In this document: one piece after another, positions 37,711 through 48,415 of the stretch
Layout: every line of letters begins with the position of its first letter
Numbering within the stretch: position 1 is the first letter of the stretch
NCBI GenBank assembly: GCA_012515235.1
Contig: JAAYYU010000042.1
Span: 17,122 to 81,121 of the forward strand
Source of the DNA: Candidatus Anammoximicrobium sp.
GTDB taxonomy: Bacteria > Planctomycetota > Planctomycetia > Pirellulales > Pirellulaceae
DNA length: 64,000 nucleotides
Direction of reading: 5' to 3'
Program-made: the position numbers and the translations under genes
The notes under the pieces: generated by a model
Databases searched by the model: none
What the model was told of the DNA's origin: nothing
Seen by the model: the letters and a program-made list of their open reading frames with translations, nothing else

Positions 37711-38868
37711 GTGAGTCACCCACGCAACCCAACTCGTGCTGTGCGTATCGGTTCCGTCGTGATTGGAGACTGCCATCCCGTAGCTGTGCAAAGTATGACG
37801 GCCACGCGGACTCAGGACATCGATGCCACGGTGAGCCAGGTCCAGGCCCTGCAGTCGGCCGGAGCGGACGTGGTGCGGATCGCCGCCGACAGCACTCAAG
37901 ACGCCACGGCGCTGGCGGAGATCCGCCGACAATGCTCCGCCAATCTGTCCGTCGACCTGCAGGAGAATTATCGCTTGGCGGAACTGGTGGCCCCGCACGT
38001 CCACAAAATCCGCTACAACCCCGGCCATCTGTATCATCATGAGCGGGATAAGCCGTGGCAGGAAAAAGTGCGGTACCTGGCGGCCGTCGCCCAGGAGCAC
38101 GATTGCGCGATGCGAATCGGCGTGAATTGCGGCAGCGTGGATCCGGCCCAGCAGGGCAAATACGACCCACAGGATTCCCTTTCGCCAATGCTCGACAGCG
38201 CGTGGGAGCACTGCGAATTGCTGGATTCGATCGGCTTCACCCGCTATTGCGTGTCGTTAAAGGATTCGGACCCCCAGAAGGTGATCGAGGTCAACCGCCG
38301 GTTTGCCGAACGCCGCCCCGATGTGCCGCTGCATCTGGGCGTCACGGAAGCCGGCATCCCGCCGGACGGCATCGTCAAAACGCAAATCGCGCTGGAACAA
38401 CTCATCAGCCGCGGCATCGGGGACACCATCCGGGTCTCCCTGACCGTGCCCAATTCGCGCAAAGCCGAAGAGATCCAGGTGGGGCGACAGATCCTGGCGG
38501 ATATCGCCGCCGGCCGCGTGCGCTCGGTGATTCCGTCGAGTCAGGGAGGCTTGAACATCATCTCCTGCCCCAGTTGCTCGCGCGTGGAGAACGAAGCCTT
38601 TGTCGAACTGGCCCAGCGGGTCAGAGAAATGACGCGGTATGCTCAGCAGCACGCGCTCACCATCGCCGTGATGGGTTGCCGGGTGAACGGTCCCGGCGAG
38701 ACGGACGACGCCGATCTGGGGCTCTGGTGCGGTCCGCACCAGGTACATTTGAAGCGCTCGGGCGAATTCGTGGGGGCCTTCAGTTACGGCGAGATTTTGC
38801 CGCGGTTGCGGGCGGAACTCGACGCCCTAATTGCTTCGCGAGCCGCAGGATCAGCTGCTCCAGGATGA
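37711..38868 (+). CDS. ispG: 4-hydroxy-3-methylbut-2-en-1-yl diphosphate synthase
   Basis: [48 protein letters not shown] chose the GTG at 37711 as the start. The upstream part of the track ORF is not IspG-like. Confidence 0.9.
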   Translation: MSHPRNPTRAVRIGSVVIGDCHPVAVQSMTATRTQDIDATVSQVQALQSAGADVVRIAADSTQDATALAEIRRQCSANLSVDLQENYRLAELVAPHVHKIRYNPGHLYHHERDKPWQEKVRYLAAVAQEHDCAMRIGVNCGSVDPAQQGKYDPQDSLSPMLDSAWEHCELLDSIGFTRYCVSLKDSDPQKVIEVNRRFAERRPDVPLHLGVTEAGIPPDGIVKTQIALEQLISRGIGDTIRVSLTVPNSRKAEEIQVGRQILADIAAGRVRSVIPSSQGGLNIISCPSCSRVENEAFVELAQRVREMTRYAQQHALTIAVMGCRVNGPGETDDADLGLWCGPHQVHLKRSGEFVGAFSYGEILPRLRAELDALIASRAAGSAAPG

Positions 38869-39904
38869 ACCGGGAGCGTTCGGGCGAGGAGTGGGAGCCC
38901 TTCAGCGCCAGGTCCGCCTCCAGCAGCCAGCGGTACAGCTGACCTGCCCGGTCACGGCCCATTTGAACCAGCCGGCGTTCCGCTTTTTCGAGGCCGCCCT
39001 TTTCTGGCCAATCGCGGAATCCGGCACTCTGCAGAACCTCGCGCAGCTTGGGTTTTTTGCCCTGCTGTTCGAATCGTTGAAACAACCGCGTGGCAGCGGC
39101 AAAGCGGCGCAGCGACCAGGAAAACTGGCCGAACATCGCGACGGGATGATCGACCGATTGCAGCAGTCGCTCCAATTGCGAAAAGGCCTCTGCCGCATCG
39201 CCGTCGCACGCGGCGTCCAGCAGTTCCCAGACCGTCTTGGCTCGCCAGCCGCCCACGACGTCGTGGACCAACTCCTGCGTCAGTTCACCGCCCGGTTTCG
39301 TGAACAAAGCCAGTTTGGCCAGTTCCTGGTCCAACAGGCCGAACTCGGGGCCGACCAGGTCCAGCATCAGCCGAGCGGCCTTTGCCGGCAGCTTGACCCG
39401 ATGCTCCGTTGCGGCCCAGGACCCCAGCCACTTGATCATCCGCTCCTCGTCCAGGACTTTGTTCTTGCTGTGGGTTGCCTTCTGCGGAGCCCGGCATTCA
39501 ATCTGTAAGCCATGTTGGTCCACGCACTTGTACAATCGCGTATTGCCAGCCCAGGTGGCCACGTCCAGCACCAGCACGTTGCGCGACTTGGAGCGCTCCG
39601 TGTACAGTTCCAATTTCTCTCGGAACGTGGCCACGAAATCGTCCGCATCGTCGATCAGGACCAGCCGTCGGCCGCCGCCGAACAGGGCCAGCGTGGCCAG
39701 TTCGTCGTGGATGTCCCGCCACTGGGCGGACGTCCCGTCGAAGCGGTCCGCGGGCGCAGTCTCATCGCCCAGCACACGCTGCCGCAGACTGCGCAGCGCC
39801 AGTCGCTTCAGGAACGATTCGTCCCCGAACACAACGGTAACGCTCGCCGGCTCAAACTTCTCCTCGGCGTCCAAATAATCGAAGACGTGGACGGTTTTTG
39901 ACAT
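38780..39904 (-). CDS. holA: DNA polymerase III delta subunit
   Basis: 374 aa. Its N-terminus is [21 protein letters not shown]. It also has [12 protein letters not shown], and a helical C-terminal domain with LALFTK and [10 protein letters not shown]-type motifs. Recognition is by overall pattern only. Confidence 0.7.
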   Translation of the reverse strand: MSKTVHVFDYLDAEEKFEPASVTVVFGDESFLKRLALRSLRQRVLGDETAPADRFDGTSAQWRDIHDELATLALFGGGRRLVLIDDADDFVATFREKLELYTERSKSRNVLVLDVATWAGNTRLYKCVDQHGLQIECRAPQKATHSKNKVLDEERMIKWLGSWAATEHRVKLPAKAARLMLDLVGPEFGLLDQELAKLALFTKPGGELTQELVHDVVGGWRAKTVWELLDAACDGDAAEAFSQLERLLQSVDHPVAMFGQFSWSLRRFAAATRLFQRFEQQGKKPKLREVLQSAGFRDWPEKGGLEKAERRLVQMGRDRAGQLYRWLLEADLALKGSHSSPERSRFILEQLILRLAKQLGRRVPPATAAKSRRN

Positions 39905-40258
39905 GAGCGCCCGGACGTGACCGGCACAAGGAACTGAAAAACGTCTCGCTGGAATTCAGGACACACCCCACCGGCCCCACCGGTGCTGGCGGGCCAAGCC
40001 AGATGCCCGCTGACAGGATTCTAAGGGATGGCGTCGTTCCGGTCCAGCGGATCGGCGTCCTTTGCGCGACGGCCAGACGCGAGCCCGGTCCTGTGCCTGG
40101 GGTTGGCCCGGCCCGCAGCGGCACCGGCCTGGTTGCGATCGTGTCCGCTCCGCTGCCGCGCAGGCCAAACGTCTCTGCGACACAACCGGTGGCCCGGAGC
40201 GGTCGCCGTGCTGGTCCTTCCGGTGCGTTGCCCGGTGTGCGCTTCCGAGTTGGCTTGG

Positions 40259-42616
40259 CTACTGGACGCTTGGCGGCGGCACCGCTTCGCCTTGCCGCTG
40301 GGCCAGTCGTTCGGCGTCCGTATAGGTGCCATAGAACGACGCGTTGGCGTCGAGCCAGAGAAACAGCCGGCGACGGTCTGCGTCGGGCAAGTCGATCTGC
40401 GAAGCGTGGACGAAGTCGGCGAGGATTCCTGTCAGTGGACTTTGATCCGCTCCGCTGCGTCCGGGGTGTGTCACCGTTTGATTCAGCGAGGCTCCGCCCC
40501 ACTCGTTCCAACGCACAAACGGTTTCAAGTTTTGGTAGCTCCGCGTGAATTCGTCCTGGACCTGGCCCGTCAGCGCCAGCGGGCTTTTTCCAGGGCCGGT
40601 CTGACCGTCGTGGCAGCGGACACAGTGGCGATCCAGCACGGGCTGGACGAGCCGCGGGAAGCTCAGCGGCCGCGTGCCTTCCGGTCCGGGGGCGATCGCC
40701 GACGGCGGACGGCGCAGGGCGAGCAACGCGCGGTTGGCCGCCACGGTCCCCGGCCGCTCGTGGCAGCCCACGCAGCCACGCTGCTCGCGCGGCTGCACGT
40801 AGGTCACACTGCGCATCGTCTGCACGGCTCGCCCCGCAGCGTCCACCGCTTGGAAATACAGCGGCTTGCCCGCGGGAACACGGAAATACGCCGAGCCATC
40901 CTCCTCGACGGGCACGGTGCCCAGCAACATGCGGGCACTCTCCGCGTTGGCGTAACCCAAGCGCGGCTGGTTGGCTACGTGCGTATGCGTCTTGGGCAAA
41001 ACCTGGTAGATGCGCAACTGCCTGACCGGCCGCCCGGCGGGCAGCGGGAGGAAACTCTGCTGGACGTCGGCCAGGACAAACTCGCCCTCGTCCTGCAATT
41101 CCTCGCCTCGCGAACCGGGCAGCGGCGGCGGGACGGGACGCGGCGCAAGCGGTATGGGGTACATGCACGAAACCTCGGCGTCGCAATACAGCAGTTCGAG
41201 ATTGCCAAAGCGGTCGAAGTAGTACAACCCGGTGCGGGTGTCTCGCTTCTCGCCGGAACTCATGCCGGGCAGCGTGTCGAAGCTGAAGCCGACCAGCAAG
41301 TAGTTCTCCGACAGCGGCCAGGGCCCGTGGAAGTAGCTCTTCGGCCACCCGTTGGCTTCCGGATAAGTCACTTCCGGCGTCAACGCGGTGATGGAATGGA
41401 ACGAGTCCTCGCCGCTGCCCGGCTCCAACGCGATCCGTTGCGGGTCCACCACGACCAGCGAACCGCCGACGTCCGCATGGTGCGCGCCGGCGACGAACAG
41501 GAGCTTGTCCGAGCCGGGAATGGCATGGGGCTGGAAACAGGCGTTGATCCGCATCGTGTAGTTGCCGAACAAAATCGCCGGATTCGTGCCGTCGGGATGG
41601 GTCGTCCACAGGCCGTGGAAATTGGCGGCGGAGCGGTCGACGTAATCCCACCGCGAGTAGACGATACGGCCGTCGTTCAGCACCGCCGGGTGCCATTCGT
41701 TCGTCTCGTGCCACGACAGCGTCCGCACGTCGCTGCCGTCGGCGTTCATGCGGTGCAGCGTGTAGGCCGGCAGCGGTTCCCACAGGTTGTGGCAGCGTCC
41801 AAAACCGCCCCGCCGCGTGGACATGAAGGCGATGCCGCCGTCCGGCAGCAGACAGGGGTCAAAATCGTCCTCCGGCCCGTCGGTCAGTTGCCGCAAATCG
41901 CTGCCGTCGGCGTTGACGGCATAGAGGTGGAAACAGCGCCGCTGAGGCGAGTCGAAGTCGGGCTTGTCGCCGGCCCGTTCGGCGAAAGCGAAGTAAACGG
42001 TGCGGGCGTCGTAGCTCAGGGCCAGCGTCGTGTAGTTGCCGCGCGGCAATCGCCCGCCGATCAGGTCGCGCGTTTTCCACGACCGACCAGGATCCTCCAG
42101 CACGAACACTCCGCCCCCCGCGACGTCGCCGTAGTCGTAGAAATAGCCGAGGTACTCGTGCAGCATTTGCGAGACGAACCGGCGACGCTCCATGAAGACC
42201 AACGGCTTGCCCGCGAGCAACGGGTTCTTGAGCGCCAAGTTCCGCGCGACCCAACGCACCTGGTGGTACAGTGCCAAACGCCGCTCCGCGTCGAGCCGGT
42301 CCACCTGGGCGACTTCGCCACGCAAGCCGCGGAGCGCGGAAGCCTCCGGCTCGAACGGCGTTTCCGGCGACGCTCGCCGCAGATCCGCCAGCAACCGTTC
42401 GCCCCGCTGCAGCGCCGCGCGGACGGACTCAGACGAGTCGGACGTGCGCTGCAGACGGCGTTCCTGAGCCGCCCAGTCGGCTTCGACTCGGCGCGACAAG
42501 GATGCGTTCGCAGCTCCACTCGGAGTCGCCGCGAGCACGCCGCTTAAGTGCAAGCTGGATGAAACCAGGAGTGCGGAAATCAGCACTACGGCGATACGCA
42601 TGTCGCCTTCCTTCAT
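40259..42616 (-). CDS. exported PD40/TolB-like beta-propeller protein with two C-terminal CxxCH heme-binding motifs (hydrazine-synthase-alpha-like middle-domain family by recollection)
   Basis: Signal peptide. ADGSDLRQLTDG and ADGSDVRTLS PD40-type turns, YSRWDYVDR, then CVGCHE and CVRCHD. The start may be MRIAVV (42601). Confidence 0.75.
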   Translation of the reverse strand: MKEGDMRIAVVLISALLVSSSLHLSGVLAATPSGAANASLSRRVEADWAAQERRLQRTSDSSESVRAALQRGERLLADLRRASPETPFEPEASALRGLRGEVAQVDRLDAERRLALYHQVRWVARNLALKNPLLAGKPLVFMERRRFVSQMLHEYLGYFYDYGDVAGGGVFVLEDPGRSWKTRDLIGGRLPRGNYTTLALSYDARTVYFAFAERAGDKPDFDSPQRRCFHLYAVNADGSDLRQLTDGPEDDFDPCLLPDGGIAFMSTRRGGFGRCHNLWEPLPAYTLHRMNADGSDVRTLSWHETNEWHPAVLNDGRIVYSRWDYVDRSAANFHGLWTTHPDGTNPAILFGNYTMRINACFQPHAIPGSDKLLFVAGAHHADVGGSLVVVDPQRIALEPGSGEDSFHSITALTPEVTYPEANGWPKSYFHGPWPLSENYLLVGFSFDTLPGMSSGEKRDTRTGLYYFDRFGNLELLYCDAEVSCMYPIPLAPRPVPPPLPGSRGEELQDEGEFVLADVQQSFLPLPAGRPVRQLRIYQVLPKTHTHVANQPRLGYANAESARMLLGTVPVEEDGSAYFRVPAGKPLYFQAVDAAGRAVQTMRSVTYVQPREQRGCVGCHERPGTVAANRALLALRRPPSAIAPGPEGTRPLSFPRLVQPVLDRHCVRCHDGQTGPGKSPLALTGQVQDEFTRSYQNLKPFVRWNEWGGASLNQTVTHPGRSGADQSPLTGILADFVHASQIDLPDADRRRLFLWLDANASFYGTYTDAERLAQRQGEAVPPPSVQ

Positions 42617-42864
42617 GATTGCGTGTCAGCTTCGGAGTCGTCTGGCTCGTGGTCGTCGTAAGCCTGAGCTAATTCCTTGGCGCTCAGCGCGGCCCATTCA
42701 GCCCGCTCGACGGCCAGCCAACTGGACGGCAAGACGGTCACGGGCCGTTGGGCGTTACGAGGCAATTGGTTGGGCTCGTCCAGTTGAATCGTGGCTGCGT
42801 CAAAAGACGCTCGAAGGCGCCTCGCAGGCATGGACTCGAATTCCGTGTGCTTGATTGCAGTCAT
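42613..42864 (-). CDS. 83-aa hypothetical protein with an acidic C-terminus
   Basis: Its stop overlaps the downstream ATG as ATGA (42613-42616). I recognise no family. Confidence 0.4.
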   Translation of the reverse strand: MTAIKHTEFESMPARRLRASFDAATIQLDEPNQLPRNAQRPVTVLPSSWLAVERAEWAALSAKELAQAYDDHEPDDSEADTQS

Positions 42865-42906
42865 CGTAGTACCGCCATTGCCGTGCTGCAGGATTGCCCG
42901 CCTTCA

Positions 42907-44055
42907 TCATGAGACCGCCCGGCCGTTTTCCATCCGCCAGGGGCGAAAGCCGGCGCCGTAGGCTTCCAGCGGCGGGTCGCCGAAACGTTTCACGTAGTCG
43001 CCGTCCACCCAGGCCGCGAACGTCGTCACGTGCCGCACGCCGCGCTCGGCATACGTGCGGAGGTCGTCGCGGAACACGCCGTCATGCCACGGAATCGCTT
43101 TCACGTTCTGTCGCTTCCAGCCCGAGAACCGCGAGAGGTCCAGCCAATACTCCAGCGTCTGGGCGCCGTCGCGGCCAAACCAGGCGAGGTTGGCGTCCAG
43201 GGCGTCGAGCAACCGTCCATGCGCCAAGCTGCCGCCGCCGGGCAGCTCACGCTGACGGAACGGCACGTCGTACTTGCGCTCGATCGGGGCGAACTCCAGG
43301 AAGATCCCCGCCGCGGGCTTGATCTGCGTCGGCGGCGGCAGCGTTCGCGCATACGCGAGATGGGCCAGCTTCGCCTGCGGGTCCACCTGCCGGATGGCCC
43401 GCAGCACGTGATGTTCCAGCAGCAGGGCTTGATCGCTGTCGCTCAAGCCGCGGCATTTCGGGCAGCGACACATGGGTCGGCCGTCGTCGATCCAGTAGAA
43501 GTAGCGGCTGGTCGTGGCCCGCAGAATCTTGGTGTACTTGATCGCATTTTCGGCCACCACGTCCAGCGCCGCTGGCGAATGCACGCACAGGTTGTAGTCC
43601 CGCACGCGGTCGCCCTTGTCCGTCAGCGGAAACATCGTGGGGTCTTTGTCGAACAGGGCCCGCGGCAACAGGTCGCTCATCGCGTGCAGTTCGTGCTCGA
43701 CCTGCAGTCCGAGCCCGCGGCACGCTGCCAAGAACTTCTGGCCTTCGTCGCGCTGGACGAACGCCGCGACCTCGTGAGGAAAGATGTGCGTGGCCAACGT
43801 CGACAGCCCCGCTCGCTTGGCCCGCGCCGGCCAGTCCAGCGTGCGCAGATCGCTCAGCACCACCACGGCGCCGCGAGTCAGGAAGAACGGCTCGCCCGCC
43901 GGCCGCACCGCCGGGGCAGCGTCTTGGCCCGCGGCCGACAAGCGCCGCTCCAGGCACACGCTTCCGGCGGCCAACGCCGCCTGGCCGAGCGTCTCGAGCA
44001 TCTTCCGCCGCGAGATGCGTGCTTTCGGCCGCACGTCTGATTTCCGCTTTGTCAT
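42907..44055 (-). CDS. DUF4838-like exported protein (glycoside-hydrolase-like) with a Tat-type signal
   Basis: Start at MTKRKSDVRPKARISRRKMLETLGQAALAAG (twin-arginine-like). It also has CVHSPAAL and WIDDGRPMCRCPKCRGLSDSDQ, a pattern I recall for DUF4838. Confidence 0.65.
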   Translation of the reverse strand: MTKRKSDVRPKARISRRKMLETLGQAALAAGSVCLERRLSAAGQDAAPAVRPAGEPFFLTRGAVVVLSDLRTLDWPARAKRAGLSTLATHIFPHEVAAFVQRDEGQKFLAACRGLGLQVEHELHAMSDLLPRALFDKDPTMFPLTDKGDRVRDYNLCVHSPAALDVVAENAIKYTKILRATTSRYFYWIDDGRPMCRCPKCRGLSDSDQALLLEHHVLRAIRQVDPQAKLAHLAYARTLPPPTQIKPAAGIFLEFAPIERKYDVPFRQRELPGGGSLAHGRLLDALDANLAWFGRDGAQTLEYWLDLSRFSGWKRQNVKAIPWHDGVFRDDLRTYAERGVRHVTTFAAWVDGDYVKRFGDPPLEAYGAGFRPWRMENGRAVS

Positions 44056-44157
44056 GCTGGCGTCCTTTCTTGGAATCCCGGCAAGTCCCGGCCGTCTGCG
44101 CTCGCCGGAAACACACCGCCGCACGCGGGCAACGCCGGCGAGCCGGGCGGCGAAGAC

Positions 44158-45270
44158 TCAGGCGGCACGGCGACGGCGCCGGACTTGTTCGGCCAGCGAT
44201 TCGAGCAGCGCGACCGAGTCCTCCCAGCCCAAACAGGCATCGGTGATGCTCTGGCCGTAGACCAGTTCCCGGCCGGCCACGAGATCTTGCCGCCCTTCCT
44301 GCAAGTGCGATTCGACCATCAGCCCGACGATTCGCATATCGCCCTGTCCCAGCTGCGCGCCGACGCTGGCGGCCACATCCAGTTGCCGTTTGTATTGCTT
44401 GTTGCTGTTCGCGTGCGAACAGTCCACCGTCAGGCGTTCCGGCAAGCCCGCGGCCGCCAACGCTGTGCATGCGGCCGCGACATTGGCTTCATCGTAATTG
44501 GGAGTCCGGCCGCCGCGCAAGATCAAGTGGCAATCGGGATTCCCGCGCGTCCGGACGATGGCCACCTGGCCGTTCTTGTGGACCGAGAGGAAACAGTGGG
44601 GATGCGCCGCGGCCACGATCGCATCCAGCGCAATCTTGACATCGCCGTCGGTGCCGTTCTTGAAACCAATCGGCGCGGAGAGCCCGGACGCCAGTTCACG
44701 GTGAACCTGCGATTCGGCCGTCCGCGCGCCGATTGCCCCCCAACTGATCAGATCGCCGATGTACTGGGGCGAAATGGTGTCCAGGAACTCCGAGCCCGCC
44801 GGCACGCCGAGTTGGTGGATGCGAAGCAGCAGGTCGCGGGCAATCCGCAGGCCCTCGTTGATCCGAAAGGTGCCGTCCAGGTAAGGATCGTTGATCAGGC
44901 CCTTCCAGCCGACCGTGGTGCGCGGCTTCTCGAAGTACACCCGCATCACGATCTCCAGATCGTCCCCCAGCCGTTGGCGTACTTCCGCCAGCCGGCCGGC
45001 GTACTCGAACGCTGCCGCCGGGTTGTGAATCGAACAGGGGCCGATGACTACCAGCAACCGGTCCGATTGGCCGCGCAGGATTTGCCTCACGCGCTCGCGC
45101 GTCTGGGCAATTAAGGCCTCGGTCGGCGTCCCCTGGATCGGAAAGAAGCGAATCAAGTGGGCCGGGGGCGGCAACGGAACGATCTCGGCGATCCGTTCGT
45201 TGTCGGTCAACGAGGTCCGGTCGGAAGGAACCTGAACCAACAGGTCATCGCAAGCAGGGTCGGTGCGCAT
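44158..45270 (-). CDS. 3-deoxy-7-phosphoheptulonate (DAHP) synthase, class I (AroF/G/H type)
   Basis: LLVVIGPCSIHNPAAAFEYA, VYFEKPRTTVGWKGLINDP, GARTAESQVHRELASGLS, IGFKNGTDG. Confidence 0.9.
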   Translation of the reverse strand: MRTDPACDDLLVQVPSDRTSLTDNERIAEIVPLPPPAHLIRFFPIQGTPTEALIAQTRERVRQILRGQSDRLLVVIGPCSIHNPAAAFEYAGRLAEVRQRLGDDLEIVMRVYFEKPRTTVGWKGLINDPYLDGTFRINEGLRIARDLLLRIHQLGVPAGSEFLDTISPQYIGDLISWGAIGARTAESQVHRELASGLSAPIGFKNGTDGDVKIALDAIVAAAHPHCFLSVHKNGQVAIVRTRGNPDCHLILRGGRTPNYDEANVAAACTALAAAGLPERLTVDCSHANSNKQYKRQLDVAASVGAQLGQGDMRIVGLMVESHLQEGRQDLVAGRELVYGQSITDACLGWEDSVALLESLAEQVRRRRRAA

Positions 45271-45356
45271 GAAAGAGCCCCACGGCAGACGGTCTGGAAT
45301 GGTGTGGCAATCTGTCTCGATTCTTCCGGACGATATTGTGGCACAGCCCGATCGGA

Positions 45357-46271
45357 TTATCCAGCATCTCGCAACGCGGCCGAGTCGGCCGCATCGCCGA
45401 TCTGCCGCCTGGCCGCCTCCAGCGTGTTGTACAGCAGCATGGTCACCGTCAGCGGGCCGACCCCGCCGGGGACAGGCGTCAAATAGCCGGCGACCTCTTT
45501 GACGGCTTCGAAATCCACGTCGCCGACCAGGCCGGATGCGATGCGGTTGATGCCCACGTCGACCACGACAGCCCCCGGCTTCACCATCTCGGCGGTGATG
45601 AATTTGGGCCGGCCAATCGCGGCGATCAGCAGGTCGGCGCGTCGCGTGACGGACGCCAAATCGGCCGTCTGCGTGTGACAGACCGTCACCGTCGCGTTGG
45701 CCCCGTCCGGGCCCACACTGGAGTTTCGATTCATCAACATCAGCGACATCGGTTTGCCCACGATATCGCTACGGCCCACGATCACGGCGTGCTTGCCGCG
45801 CGTCTTGATCCCCGCGCGGTGCAGCAACTGAGAAATGCCGTGCGGAGTGCAGGGCAAATAACGCGGCCGGCCTTGCGCGATCAGGCCCACGTTCTCCGGG
45901 TGAAAGGCGTCCACGTCCTTCAGCGGGGCAATCGCGTCCAGCACGCGCGACTCGCGGATCTGGCGGGGCAACGGCAGTTGCACCAGGATGCCGTGGACGT
46001 CGCGGTCCTGGTTGAGCTGCTCGATCAAGTGCAGCAAATCCGGCTCGCTGGTCTCCGGACCTCGACGATGCACCTGGCTGCGGATGCCGACCTGCTGGCA
46101 AGCTCGCTCCTTGTTCCTGACGTACACCTCGCTGGGCGCAAAGTCCCCCACGAGAATGGCCACCAGCGTGGGACGGATTCCGCACCGCTCCACGAACGCT
46201 GCCACGTCGCGAGTCAACTCGCCGCGAATCTCGCTCGCAATCTGCTTGCCATCCAGAAGCTTTGCCGTCAT
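45357..46271 (-). CDS. folD: bifunctional methylenetetrahydrofolate dehydrogenase/cyclohydrolase
   Basis: LLDGKQIASEIRGEL, PTLVAILVGDFAPSEVYVRNKERAC, GILVQLPLP, VIVGRSDIVGKPM, TPVPGGVGPLTV. Confidence 0.95.
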   Translation of the reverse strand: MTAKLLDGKQIASEIRGELTRDVAAFVERCGIRPTLVAILVGDFAPSEVYVRNKERACQQVGIRSQVHRRGPETSEPDLLHLIEQLNQDRDVHGILVQLPLPRQIRESRVLDAIAPLKDVDAFHPENVGLIAQGRPRYLPCTPHGISQLLHRAGIKTRGKHAVIVGRSDIVGKPMSLMLMNRNSSVGPDGANATVTVCHTQTADLASVTRRADLLIAAIGRPKFITAEMVKPGAVVVDVGINRIASGLVGDVDFEAVKEVAGYLTPVPGGVGPLTVTMLLYNTLEAARRQIGDAADSAALRDAG

Positions 46272-46398
46272 ATTGTATCGCCATCCTTTTCTGAAGCCGG
46301 TCAGCCAACCATTGGCGACCGCCCAGGTGCGTCAGGGAGAGCAGACCCTCACCAAAGCACAATCGCCAGGGTATCCAATCCAGAAGGTATCATACAAC

Positions 46399-48132
46399 AT
46401 GTCGGAAGCCAAAGTCAGTCCCGTGGAGACGATCAAGCTGGAAAGCAACTACCTGCGCGGCACGATCGCCCAGGAACTGCTAGACGGCAACGATGGCTTC
46501 AGCAAAGCCAGCGTGCAATTGCTCAAGCACCACGGCACCTATCAGCAGGATAACCGGGACGCGCGATCCGCCGCGCGAAAGGCGGGCGAGAGCGGCAAGA
46601 TGCACAGCTTCATGGTCCGCACCAAGGTGCCGGGCGGCAAGCTCACCAGCCGGCAACTGCTGGCCGAATTGGACCTGTGCGATGAATTGGGCGACGCGAC
46701 GCTTCGCCTGACCAGCCGTCAGGCCATCCAGTTGCACGGCGTCCTGAAGGGAAACCTGCGGCAGGCCATTCACCGGATCAATCAAGTCCAGCTGACGACA
46801 CTGGCGGCGTGTGGTGACGTCTCGCGCAACGTGATGGGCTGCCCGGCCCCGTACAAACGCCCAATGTATCAGCAGGTCCAAGCCTTGGTCGAAGCCCTGG
46901 CGGGACACTTTACGCCGCGGACGCCGGCCTATCACGAGTTGTGGATTCAGGACGCCGACACGGGGAAACGCCAGTTGGCGGGCGGGGGGACGGCGGCGGC
47001 CGAGGAAGCGGTGGAGCCGATCTACGGCAAGGTGTACCTGCCGCGCAAATTCAAAATGGCCGTGGGGTTCGCCTGGGACAATTGCGTCGATCTCTACACC
47101 CACGACTTGGGATTCCTGGCGGTCGTCCGCGACGGGACGATCACGGGTTACAACGTGCTGGCGGGCGGCGGTCAAGGGACGACTCCCAGCAACAAGTCGA
47201 CCTTCCCCGCCTTGGCCAAGCGTCTGGCCTTCGTCACGCCCGAACAGGCCGTAGCCATCGCCGAGGCGGTGGTCAAAGTGCAGCGAGATTTCGGCAACCG
47301 GGCCGACCGAAAACTGGCCCGCATGAAGTACCTGATCCACAACTGGGGATTGGACGCGTTCAAGCGCAAAGTGGAGGAATACTACGGGGCGGCATTGCCG
47401 GCGCCGGAACCCGACGACGTCACCGGCTGCCACGATCATCTGGGCTGGGACGAACAGGGAGACGGTAAATGCTTCTATGGGTTGAACGTCGAGAACGGCC
47501 GCGTCCTGGACAACGACCGGATCCAGCTGAAGTCCGCGTTGCGCGAGATTTGCCGCAGGTTTGATCCGGGCATCCGGGTCACCTCGTACCAGAGCCTGCT
47601 GCTGACCGACTTGGATCCAGCCGTGAAAGGCGAACTGGAGGAGATTTTGCGGCGTCACCGAGTGAGGCTGTCCGAGGACACCTCGACCGTGCGCCGCTGG
47701 TCCATGGCCTGCGTCGCACTGCCGACGTGCGGCCTGGCGATTACCGACAGCGAACGCGCCTTGCCGGAAATCCTCGACCAATTGGAGATAGAATTGGCCA
47801 CATTGGGACTGTCCCGCGAGGCGTTCACCGTTCGCATGACCGGCTGTCCCAACGGCTGCGTCCGGCCCTATAATTGCGATCTCGGCCTGGTCGGCAAGGC
47901 CGTCGGGCGATACACGCTGTTGTTGGGCGGCCGCTTGACGGGCGATCGGCCGAATTTTATTTTCCAGAACATGGTTCCGGCTGCACAGATCGTGCCAACC
48001 CTGGTGCCGTTGTTGATCTACTTCCGGCAGGAGCGTCTGGCAGGCGAATCGTTCGGCGATTTCTGCCATCGCAAGGGCAAGGACGATCTGCTGGCCCGAA
48101 CGGAACAAGCGCAGGCGGAGTCCGAATCCTGA
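46399..48132 (+). CDS. cysI: assimilatory sulfite reductase hemoprotein (siroheme/4Fe-4S; NADPH- or ferredoxin-dependent not resolvable)
   Basis: Start at MSEAKVS (ATG 46399). It has SNYLRGTIAQEL, LLKHHGTYQQDNRD, FMVRTKVPGGKLT, ACVALPTCGLA and TGCPNGCVRP. Confidence 0.9.
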   Translation: MSEAKVSPVETIKLESNYLRGTIAQELLDGNDGFSKASVQLLKHHGTYQQDNRDARSAARKAGESGKMHSFMVRTKVPGGKLTSRQLLAELDLCDELGDATLRLTSRQAIQLHGVLKGNLRQAIHRINQVQLTTLAACGDVSRNVMGCPAPYKRPMYQQVQALVEALAGHFTPRTPAYHELWIQDADTGKRQLAGGGTAAAEEAVEPIYGKVYLPRKFKMAVGFAWDNCVDLYTHDLGFLAVVRDGTITGYNVLAGGGQGTTPSNKSTFPALAKRLAFVTPEQAVAIAEAVVKVQRDFGNRADRKLARMKYLIHNWGLDAFKRKVEEYYGAALPAPEPDDVTGCHDHLGWDEQGDGKCFYGLNVENGRVLDNDRIQLKSALREICRRFDPGIRVTSYQSLLLTDLDPAVKGELEEILRRHRVRLSEDTSTVRRWSMACVALPTCGLAITDSERALPEILDQLEIELATLGLSREAFTVRMTGCPNGCVRPYNCDLGLVGKAVGRYTLLLGGRLTGDRPNFIFQNMVPAAQIVPTLVPLLIYFRQERLAGESFGDFCHRKGKDDLLARTEQAQAESES

Positions 48133-48184
48133 ATGCGGTTTCGCGAAAGAGTACGGAACCCTGTTGTGCGACAGGAGGAGCAGT

Positions 48185-48415
48185 ATGGCGACCAGATGGT
48201 TTTACAAACTCGGCGGCAGGACCGAAGGCCCTATCTCCGGAGCCGACCTGTTGGTAAAGGTCCGCGAAGGCGTGATCAAACAAGGATCGTGGGTCCGCAA
48301 GGATGACTCGGCCTGGTTCCCAGCCGAGGAAGTCAACGGCTTGTTCGAGGCCGCGTTCCGGGACCAGCCGGGCAAGATCAGCAAGGAAACCCCGACAGAG
48401 TACCACGGAGACTAG
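48185..48415 (+). CDS. small GYF_2 (DUF4339)-like domain protein
   Basis: AGGAGG precedes the ATG at 48185. WFYKLGGRTEGPISGADLLVKVREGVIKQGSWVRKDDSAWFPAEEV. Confidence 0.65.
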   Translation: MATRWFYKLGGRTEGPISGADLLVKVREGVIKQGSWVRKDDSAWFPAEEVNGLFEAAFRDQPGKISKETPTEYHGD

